A DNA stretch of 64,000 bases from Dialister sp. UBA734. Lineage in GTDB: Bacteria > Bacillota > Negativicutes > Veillonellales > Dialisteraceae. Shown one piece after another: positions 11,426 through 18,394 of the stretch. The DNA is taken from NCBI GenBank assembly GCA_002297935.1, contig DBLC01000097.1:13156-77155 (forward strand), given 5' to 3'. Both the position numbers and the translations under genes were made by a program. Position 1 is the stretch's first letter. Every line of letters starts with the position of its first letter. The notes under the pieces were generated by a model, which worked only from the letters and a program-made list of their open reading frames with translations, was not told where the DNA came from and did not search any database.

Positions 11426-11728
11426 ATGTTAGAGAAGTGGGCAAAGAAAAAATGTCTAAACGGAGTCATGGGAATCATGGGCATCAAAGAAGGCCAATGG
11501 GTCGAAATAGATGGAAAAGAGTTTATGGTATCCAATGGGGAACTTTATGAACGAAAACCGGTAACAGATATCGTGCCTGCTGGTATCATGATTAATGATG
11601 CTGATGCCAATAGTCCATTAAGACATGCATTTTATCCCCAACATGGTGCGGTTTATTATTACTGGACATTGCAAACTAAAACTAAGGAATGGGAATTGCA
11701 ATGTGCTATATATCATGAGACAGAATGA
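11426..11728 (+). CDS. Hypothetical protein (outside prophage, left of attL)
   Basis: 100 aa from ATG 11426 (SD taggaga). No recognisable motif. The upstream part of the ORF-track frame looks non-coding. Confidence 0.4.
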   Translation: MLEKWAKKKCLNGVMGIMGIKEGQWVEIDGKEFMVSNGELYERKPVTDIVPAGIMINDADANSPLRHAFYPQHGAVYYYWTLQTKTKEWELQCAIYHETE

Positions 11729-11933
11729 GACAAGCAAAATGCTTGCATGCATAACTGTTTTGCTAAAGCTATAGATGCGGTAGCGTATATGCGAGAAATA
11801 AAGAAATTGTTTGAATGAAAATCAAAAACTCCCAATCGGCAAAAGTCTTGCTAAGCTCAATCTTTCTAGATCATGCTAGACAGCATGATAAAATCATGCT
11901 AAAATGACTACAAATATAAATAAGTTCCGATAA

Positions 11934-11954
11934 CATTAAATTATCGGAACTTAT
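11934..11954. repeat. attL core (CATTAAATTATCGGAACTTAT)
   Basis: Identical 21-mer at 52990-53010, with flanking bases differing on both sides. At attL it forms the spacer plus right arm of a perfect 14-bp inverted repeat (11920-11933 / 11941-11954). Confidence 0.8.
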
Positions 11955-12082
11955 TGTTATACAGCTATTTAAGACTATTTGAATAGCTGATTTTATTAGG
12001 TTTTGTCGAATTTTATTCAGTATGTTTGCATTTTAGCCTATTTAAATCTATTTGGTAATATTTGCCAATTTTCACTCTCTAC

Positions 12083-12194
12083 GGTGGCAAGAATGGTGGC
12101 AAGTTTTTACCAAAAATAAAATTGACCGATTACCCATAACCACGGATTTTTCTGCTATAAAGAAAGCGCTCTAATTTATTCTGCACGGTGGCAA
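12083..12194. promoter_or_regulatory. Arm-type repeats GGTGGCAA x3 (putative integrase arm sites, left end)
   Basis: GGTGGCAA at 12083-12090, 12095-12102 and 12187-12194. The same doublet ACGGTGGCAAnAATGGTGGCAA is at 52927-52948. TAAAATTGACCGAT at 12117-12130 is repeated at 52870-52883. Confidence 0.55.
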
Positions 12195-12229
12195 GAATGA
12201 ATTAGAACGCTTTCTTTTTGCGCTTATGT

Positions 12230-12640
12230 TTAACTTTTTATATGTGCGCATAATAAGATAGCAAATGCGCCAATCCATAAATTCCGTTGTCTAGTCTTGA
12301 CTTGGATTTTGTGCTGGGCCTCTTTTTCTAACTTCGCTAAGGATTGATTGGCTTGCTGTAATGATTTCTGCGTCTGATCGTTCAATGTCCTCGATTCGGC
12401 CAGCTGTTTGTTTGCTATCGCTAACTGCTGATCTGCCATTGTCAACTGCTTCTGTTGCTCTGTCAAGAGTTTCTGCTTCTCTTCGTTGTGATTCCGCAGC
12501 GTCTGTAAGTTCTGTTCTAACGTTGTCAGCTGACTTTCCGATATCTGATACATCGGTTCTGCCTGAATAGTAGAACCAGCAGCCAACCAAAGCAAGCATA
12601 CAAGCAATAGCGATAATAATCTTTTTGTAGTTTTGCACAT
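12230..12640 (-). CDS. Spanin-like lysis protein (N-terminal signal, coiled coil, C-terminal TM)
   Basis: 136 aa directly after the endolysin stop (SD ggagga inside the endolysin 3' end). Hydrophobic N-terminus LLSLLLVCLLWLAAGS, Q/L/E-rich heptad region, C-terminal LWIGAFAILLCA. Confidence 0.6.
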   Translation of the reverse strand: MCKTTKRLLSLLLVCLLWLAAGSTIQAEPMYQISESQLTTLEQNLQTLRNHNEEKQKLLTEQQKQLTMADQQLAIANKQLAESRTLNDQTQKSLQQANQSLAKLEKEAQHKIQVKTRQRNLWIGAFAILLCAHIKS

Positions 12641-13177
12641 CTAGTCCTCCTGATTCTGATAGTAGATTGCTTTCCCGCGAATGATATCTCCACCGCTCCC
12701 CCATTCATCACCTGGTTGCAGGAAAAGCAAGTCCCATCTGCAATCTGGATCGCCAGAATCCAAATCGTACCCATCGATAGCAGCGATTTCTGCATGAGTC
12801 ATGACGTTCTCTTTTGTAATTCCTATGCCCATTTCATCGCAAATAGCAGCAACCACCATGGCTAGCACTTCAATCTGTTCATCTGTCGGCGGGAAATCTC
12901 CCATGTCATCCGGCTTTGCATTATAACAGCAGTCTAGCGCGATAGCGATGGAGCCGGAATTTCTGCGCCACGTTGCGGCCGGTCTGACGTCAAAGTCTCT
13001 TGCCTTTACAATAGTGCCATCTCCATGGATACAAAGATGATAATCGCTAAAGTCCTGACTGTATCTGCCTGCGGTCCAGTGTAAATAAATTCTTGACTTG
13101 CTTCCTACGGCTTCGGCTTGGGAGATGATATCATCTTTCACTAGTCCGATTTCTTCTTGGATGTCTTCAAGCGTCAT
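12641..13177 (-). CDS. Endolysin, N-acetylmuramoyl-L-alanine amidase (PGRP / T7-lysozyme-like)
   Basis: 178 aa. IYLHWTAGRYSQ...YHLCIHGDGTIV...ALDCC...THAEI pattern is typical of Amidase_2. Located next to the holin. Confidence 0.8.
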   Translation of the reverse strand: MTLEDIQEEIGLVKDDIISQAEAVGSKSRIYLHWTAGRYSQDFSDYHLCIHGDGTIVKARDFDVRPAATWRRNSGSIAIALDCCYNAKPDDMGDFPPTDEQIEVLAMVVAAICDEMGIGITKENVMTHAEIAAIDGYDLDSGDPDCRWDLLFLQPGDEWGSGGDIIRGKAIYYQNQED

Positions 13178-13179
13178 TT

Positions 13180-13671
13180 TTATCCTCTCCTTTTGATTTT
13201 ATCAATCAATGCATCCAACGCGGTAACCCCTGCGTCATTTAGATTCTCTAGTACAGATTTGAGCTCTACGGCCGCCAGGTATCCGATACAGATTTGCAAC
13301 CATGGCGCTGGTGCATGAAGATCTTTGAAAACCATATCGGCAATTCCGCTTGTAATTGCGACAAAAAGATAAATGATGATCTTCTCTACAAAGCGCATTT
13401 TCATGACATCAGAACTAATGATTCCTTGTCTATGTGCTTCTGGGATTGCCTGAATTTCTTCCCAGATGTTTCCGTGTGCGGTTAATGGCTTGGCCAAGGC
13501 TATCCACTTCGTAAACAAGTCAAGAAATACAAGGACCGTGAAAGCAGTAACGAGCTCTGCGTGCAGTTGAAAGGTGGCAGTTAAGCTGCCTACCAAAAGT
13601 TTATCCGTCCAATCACTTAGCAGTGTACCCCATGCTCGGCCGATATTATTTCTAAGGGTGTTAAAATCCAT
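13180..13671 (-). CDS. Holin (phage_holin_4 / toxin-secretion holin-like)
   Basis: 163 aa with several hydrophobic helices. C-terminal IGYLAAVELKSVLENLNDAGV resembles the conserved holin_4 block. Immediately upstream of the amidase. Confidence 0.7.
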   Translation of the reverse strand: MDFNTLRNNIGRAWGTLLSDWTDKLLVGSLTATFQLHAELVTAFTVLVFLDLFTKWIALAKPLTAHGNIWEEIQAIPEAHRQGIISSDVMKMRFVEKIIIYLFVAITSGIADMVFKDLHAPAPWLQICIGYLAAVELKSVLENLNDAGVTALDALIDKIKRRG

Positions 13672-13673
13672 TG

Positions 13674-13826
13674 TTACACCTCCAATTCTTTTTTCAACTT
13701 TGTGATGCGCGCTATTTCCTCATGATAAGCAAGTTCAATATTGAGATTTGTTGCAAGTTTCAAAATCAACTTGTTTTGACAATCGATGATTTCTGACTGT
13801 GTTTCTATGACTTCTTCGAGTGTCAT
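13674..13826 (-). CDS. Small hypothetical protein (50 aa, coiled-coil-like)
   Basis: Hand-translated MTLEEVIETQSEIIDCQNKLILKLATNLNIELAYHEEIARITKLKKELEV. Below the ORF-track size cut-off. Fills the gap between flanking genes. Confidence 0.35.
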   Translation of the reverse strand: MTLEEVIETQSEIIDCQNKLILKLATNLNIELAYHEEIARITKLKKELEV

Positions 13827-13841
13827 TGCTACACCTCATTT

Positions 13842-14072
13842 CTATCCTAAACTCTCGAGTTCCTTCTGAAGCTGGTTGATCTTATCTCTTGCCTTCTGCC
13901 GTTCGGCAAGCAGGGTGTCTGTATCATAAGGATCTTTTTCGCCTTTGAGTCTAGCTTCATAGGTCTTAAAAATCTTATAGTCCCCAATATTGGAGTTTTC
14001 TCCAGAAAGTTCCGTTTTGAGATTAATGATTTCCTGCTGTTTGACCAGCTTCTGTTTTTCTTTTTCGTCCAT
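13842..14072 (-). CDS. Hypothetical coiled-coil protein
   Basis: 76 aa, K/E-rich. Start overlaps the RT 3' end by 50 nt. Confidence 0.45.
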   Translation of the reverse strand: MDEKEKQKLVKQQEIINLKTELSGENSNIGDYKIFKTYEARLKGEKDPYDTDTLLAERQKARDKINQLQKELESLG

Positions 14073-15189
14073 TTTCTATTTGCCTCCTTGCGTATAAATC
14101 CATATTATCGAGCGTGTGAAAGGCACTATATCTTTTCTTATCGCCTCGCCAGGAACGGTATTGCTGCATGTAGTCTTGCTGACTAACTTTCCCATCACCG
14201 ACTAACTGCCCCAATTTTCTAAGTTTCCTACGTTCACGTTTGACCACATCTTTAGGTATTTTCTTGATGATCTTCCCTGTTGGTGTCAGTACGTACCGTG
14301 TCTTTAGCCACGTAAAACCATGAGATAATTTGACGATTTGTGTTTTCTTGGGGTTGATATGAATGCCTAGATTTTTAGCTATTGCCATGATGTCTTTCAA
14401 TAGTTCTTTTAGGAACTGCTTGCTTGGATGAATGACAATTCGATCGTCCATATAAGCATCATAGCAATGGACAGCCTTCACGGTTTTCACATAGTTGTCG
14501 ATCGTGGTCGGGTACAAAATACCTATGATTTGTGAGATAGGTGCTCCGATCCCTAGTGATTTTCTCATCATTCGTTTCTTTGTTAACAGTTCTTTCGGAA
14601 TTTTGGCGTAATCAAGCGAATTAAACACTTTGTCTTCTATCTGAGGATCATTCGTGTAAGAAATATCAACCTCGTAGGTTTTCAAGATTAGTTTTGTGAT
14701 TTCTGTCAATGATTCATCCTTAAAGATTCTCTCGATCTGATTGATTGCCATGTCATGGCGAATGTTATCGAAATACTTGGAGAAATCTATGATGAGGGCA
14801 TAACCTCTCCAGCCGTGCCGTCTATAGTGCCAATGTAGATGCTCGTCAAAGCGCCTTCTCGTAAATGATAGCCCGCGGCCTTTTAGGCCTGCCCCATTAT
14901 CATGTATGATCCTTTTCTTGACTTCAGGAATTACTACGCCATCACAAAGTGCATGTTGAAATGCAGCATCCTTTGGGACCATGGACTTCACCAATCTTTG
15001 ATGCCCATTTTCGTTGATCTGAAATATAGAACCTTGTTTGGGAGCATATTCCCCGGACGCCACTTCTTTCTTTAGTTTGGAAATCTCACTCAATCTATTT
15101 AGTAAGAAGCGTTGTGATTGGTATTTCCAGCCAGATGATTTTGCCAGTTTTTGGCTGGCTTTAATGTATTGTTTTGCTTTGATATTCAT
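14023..15189 (-). CDS. DGR-type reverse transcriptase
   Basis: 388 aa. RT motifs ALIIDFSKYFDNIRH, DGR-diagnostic SLGIGAPISQ ([LIV]GxxxSQ), YMDD, INPKKTQ, GFTWLK. Lies 134 nt downstream of the TR. Confidence 0.9.
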   Translation of the reverse strand: MNIKAKQYIKASQKLAKSSGWKYQSQRFLLNRLSEISKLKKEVASGEYAPKQGSIFQINENGHQRLVKSMVPKDAAFQHALCDGVVIPEVKKRIIHDNGAGLKGRGLSFTRRRFDEHLHWHYRRHGWRGYALIIDFSKYFDNIRHDMAINQIERIFKDESLTEITKLILKTYEVDISYTNDPQIEDKVFNSLDYAKIPKELLTKKRMMRKSLGIGAPISQIIGILYPTTIDNYVKTVKAVHCYDAYMDDRIVIHPSKQFLKELLKDIMAIAKNLGIHINPKKTQIVKLSHGFTWLKTRYVLTPTGKIIKKIPKDVVKRERRKLRKLGQLVGDGKVSQQDYMQQYRSWRGDKKRYSAFHTLDNMDLYARRQIENGRKRKTEAGQTAGNH

Positions 15190-15323
15190 AATAGTACGCC
15201 GCGCTTATAGCCACGATATCCTTAGATAGCAACGTCACGGCCCTTATTTACCTTTCGGATGGACGCATACTCATTCCCTGCTGTAGCACCTGACATATAG
15301 CCTTATTGGTGCCTTCTGAGAAG

Positions 15324-15409
15324 CGGGCGGACGCCGCCCACATTCGACGCGTTGTTCGTGTTGGCATTGCCGTCGTTGTTCGCATTGGCGAAGTTGTTGG
15401 CGTTCGCTA
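15324..15409 (-). repeat. DGR template repeat (TR)
   Basis: 86 nt aligning without gaps to 16022-16107 (offset 698). There are 13 mismatches, all T on the + strand, i.e. A on the coding strand. In frame it reads 11 AAY codons. Confidence 0.9.
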
Positions 15410-15429
15410 GTAGCATGCGCCCAGTGCCC

Positions 15430-15957
15430 TTATTTTAATGCTTGCTTTCTTTTATTGTCTGATTTTCGCCAGCCCTTTAGTAGGGCGATTTCTCTATCTA
15501 TGGCGTCGATGTATCTAAGAAGTTTATCTGCGTCAACAGGTAAGATATCCACCGCAAGTTCGAGCTCTTGTTTTAGGCTTTCGCAGTCTGCTATGGCTAA
15601 ATCTTGCGAGTTCCGACGAAGATCAGCTTCTGCTTTTGTGGTTGCCCAAATCGTGTAAGCCCTGGTGATGTGTTTCATCATATTCGCCAGGTGTAAAAGT
15701 ATCTGTTCTCGCACGTGCTCCATTAGCCATAGTGGATAATTGTCCACTATCTTAGACTCGCCATATTTTTCTAAAAGTTCTTCCAGTGCGTGTGCATCTT
15801 CCTGTTTCCATTTCCTTGTATAAAATTTGGTGTCTCTCACTCTTGGCTTTACGCCAAAGTCTCTGCCCATGAGAAAAATGAGCTGTCGTCTGAGTTTGCA
15901 TGCATTCATGTAAAACTCCAGCTTTGACAACGTTCTGTTTCGTGCTAATACCGACAA
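15430..15957 (-). CDS. avd: Accessory variability determinant (Avd)-like helical-bundle protein
   Basis: 175 aa, basic and helical. TTG start with strong SD aaaggag 8 nt upstream. Sits in the canonical position between the VR-bearing gene and the TR. Confidence 0.6.
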   Translation of the reverse strand: MSVLARNRTLSKLEFYMNACKLRRQLIFLMGRDFGVKPRVRDTKFYTRKWKQEDAHALEELLEKYGESKIVDNYPLWLMEHVREQILLHLANMMKHITRAYTIWATTKAEADLRRNSQDLAIADCESLKQELELAVDILPVDADKLLRYIDAIDREIALLKGWRKSDNKRKQALK

Positions 15958-15976
15958 AATATTCTCCTTTCTCTAT

Positions 15977-15995
15977 GCGCCCCATAAAGGGGCGC
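15977..15995 (-). promoter_or_regulatory. GC-rich hairpin downstream of VR (DGR target-recognition cruciform candidate)
   Basis: GCGCCCC-ataaa-GGGGCGC, 7-bp all-GC-rich stem, 26 nt beyond the VR 3' boundary and 8 nt after the target stop codon. Confidence 0.5.
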
Positions 15996-16003
15996 GGTCA
16001 GGG

Positions 16004-17268
16004 TTAACGGAGCAGGAAATACGGGCGGACGCCGCCCACACCCGACGCGCCGTTCGTGTAGGCACCGCCGTCGTTGCTCGCATAGGCGAAGTGGGAGGCG
16101 GTCGCTACGTCTCGCAGCCAGCACCAATAGGTTCTAGTAAAGTTCTTACCGTATCTGAAGATAGCAAGCTGCTTGTTAAAGTCGCCTTCTTCCTGTCCTG
16201 AGGATGCGAATGGATGGTTACCATACATCATGGCTTGGTTGCAAATATTGACTTTGATATCATGGCGCCATGGGTAACTTCCATCGGTCGCGCCATCTTT
16301 TCCGTTCCAGTCCCAGTACGCACTACCCATCCATCCGGCACCTGCAGCAGATGCTGCATTGGCATTCATATTGTTGGTAAGCAGTTCAGAGTGTTCAAGT
16401 ACATGATCCGTGCCAAAGGCGGCCACGATTCCTGTTGTGTATTTAGGTAATGTTGTTTTAAACATTTCACTCTTCTGGTATCCACCAGCCGTGGTATTTG
16501 TCGCATTCATTCGTGCGGTTCCAAGATTGTTTTCGGGTATTAAAACAACATGGTGCACATCTTGATTCTTATATCCTCTATCGTAGTGGTAGTCTAGGTC
16601 GGCTACCAGCCATTTAACATTGTTGTATGCTGTGCCATTGATGGTAACGGATTTGATAATGTAATCTCCCGGGAAGATATCATCAAAAGTTCCTGCTGCA
16701 ATGGCTTTGCTCATTGCACCACTATTGAAGTATGAGGTAAGGTCTTTGCCTCGATAGATGCTGTTGTGTGCAGCTGCCGTTTTGGGCAACAACTTCCACC
16801 ATTCCTCTTTGGACTTATCCATATCCGTTCTAAGTGCATCCACATATTCTTTTGCACATACGGTTTTTGTTGTAAATACGGCCGTTCCATCATTAACGGT
16901 TTTTCCACCAGTAGTTATACTGGAAACGTCTGGTTCATCTGTACCTGTTGTTCCCGCCGTTGTGCACTCAAAATATAGTACTCCTGAAAGCGCGTAGAAA
17001 TATACTACATCTCCCACATTGTAAGATGTCTTTCTATGTAAAGCGCGCTTGTCGCTTTCAACGGTCATTGTTTTAGACTTAATGTTGCTTACTGATAAAT
17101 CGCCTTTTATAGTCACACTTTCTGCAATGACACTATCAGTCTTGATACTACCAGATGAAATATCTTCCTCTACTGTAGCCTTCTTTACTTGAATGTTTCC
17201 CCATTTTTTAGCAGCTGTTCCGATATATCCTTCTCCATCTGCTCTAGGGACAATTCCTCGTGTTGACA
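16004..17268 (-). CDS. DGR target: tail-fibre / receptor-binding protein with variable C-terminus
   Basis: About 421 aa from ATG 17268 (the ORF-track start 17278 is GTG). N-terminus MSTRGIVPRADGEGYIGTAAKKWGNI is tail-fibre-like. VR covers the last roughly 30 codons. The WCWLRD...GGVRP ending is compatible with a C-type-lectin-like fold. Confidence 0.8.
16022..16107 (-). repeat. DGR variable repeat (VR) at the 3' end of the target gene
   Basis: Counterpart of the TR. Encodes ...VATASHFAYASNDGGAYTNGASGVGGVRP. The shared adenine-free end GTGGGCGGCGTCCGCCCG (IMH-like) is itself a GGGCGG/CCGCCC hairpin. Confidence 0.9.
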
Positions 17269-17296
17269 TTTTTATCACTCACTTTCTTAATACGCT

Positions 17297-18313
17297 TTAA
17301 GCGTCATAAGCTTTTGGCATCAAATCACCATTGCCGTCAATTTGCCAATTTCTCCCTCCAATTACTTCGACGGCTGGCATGAAATCTCCATTATCATCCA
17401 GGTCAAACAAATTAGAGGATAAGTCGACTGTAAGCTGCACCCATTTGCTAGACGATCCCGGTACTTCTCCTGCCTCTGTTGTATCTATGCAACGGTATGT
17501 GTGCCCATCTTTATAGGCTACTACATCCGGGTAATGATAAATTTTGCCTTCTTCCCATGAATCCGCTTTTGAAGCTAAGGCTGTAGCTGATGCTTCTTTA
17601 GCTTGATTTGCATATCCTTCCGTCTGGTCCATTAACTGGTGCGCAGTCTCTAAGTTGCCTTCTATTTTTTCATTGATTGTTTCTGCTAGATCTTTGATTT
17701 CTAAGGCCTCGTCTTTGATCCGACTTATTTCTGACAAATTCTCTCTTGAGGCATTTTCGGCATTCTTGGCCGCATCAGCATATTTTGCCGCCAAGTCAGA
17801 ATAATATTGTGGTTGTTTTACTGTTTCTAACGCTGTGCCATCAGCATTCCAGCCGAAGATTGTGTTTGGTACTGGAGCTGGTAAATTAAAAGAGATGTTA
17901 TCGCCGGCACTTTCAGGGAGCTTTAGTGTTCTTTTCCCAGTATTGAACAAATCTTGGCAAATCATTGTAAGTTTATCTAATGCTTTTTCGATAACTGCAA
18001 ATGGCCATTTCTCTCCTAATGACGATAGTTGATTGATTTCTATATCTCTATAAATAACCAACTTCTCACCGTTTGCCAAAATAGCTGGCCGTTCACTTTC
18101 TGCAGGTTCTTCTCCTATCGGATATCCAGGGTAGAAAACTACCATCTTGTCCAAATCAACAAAATAATCTTTCTCTAAAGTGCTTTCTGTCTGATCAGCG
18201 TTAACCTTGACTACTTTTACATCTTCTTTTTGCAAAGCGGGAAATGGTATAGCAAATTCTGTTGCAACTCCGTTTCCTTTATAAATCGTTCGATTTACTG
18301 ACGTGTTGATCAT
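17297..18313 (-). CDS. Tail fibre / tail spike-like protein
   Basis: 338 aa, SD ggaggaaa. N-terminus NRTIYKGNGVATEFAIPFP is common in phage fibre proteins. C-terminal YKDGHTYRC...SSKWVQL resembles a carbohydrate-binding motif. Confidence 0.6.
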   Translation of the reverse strand: MINTSVNRTIYKGNGVATEFAIPFPALQKEDVKVVKVNADQTESTLEKDYFVDLDKMVVFYPGYPIGEEPAESERPAILANGEKLVIYRDIEINQLSSLGEKWPFAVIEKALDKLTMICQDLFNTGKRTLKLPESAGDNISFNLPAPVPNTIFGWNADGTALETVKQPQYYSDLAAKYADAAKNAENASRENLSEISRIKDEALEIKDLAETINEKIEGNLETAHQLMDQTEGYANQAKEASATALASKADSWEEGKIYHYPDVVAYKDGHTYRCIDTTEAGEVPGSSSKWVQLTVDLSSNLFDLDDNGDFMPAVEVIGGRNWQIDGNGDLMPKAYDA

Positions 18314-18394
18314 TCTATTTCCTCCTTCCTGTTAAAAGTTACAAATAGATTGTTTATGGACATGTATTGATTAACTTGTAATAAAACCGTTCTA

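Noticed and set aside
11920-11954. The att site as a tRNA or tmRNA 3' fragment.
   Set aside because: There is no cloverleaf, T-loop (GTTCGA) or CCA context. It is a simple 14-7-14 palindrome.
12291-12704. 137-aa alternative-frame ORF across the endolysin / spanin-like junction.
   Set aside because: It overlaps two genes that have proper SDs and a coupled stop/start, and it has no SD of its own.
14023-15189. The reverse transcriptase as a retron, group II intron or Abi-type RT.
   Set aside because: A TR/VR pair with adenine-only mismatches lies next to it, and the GxxxSQ motif is present. There are no intron RNA domains, no maturase/En domains, and no msr/msd-like inverted repeats.
15945-16127. 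60-aa minus-strand ORF overlapping the VR in another frame.
   Set aside because: It is Arg/Pro-rich read-through of the GC-rich VR region and overlaps the well-supported target gene.
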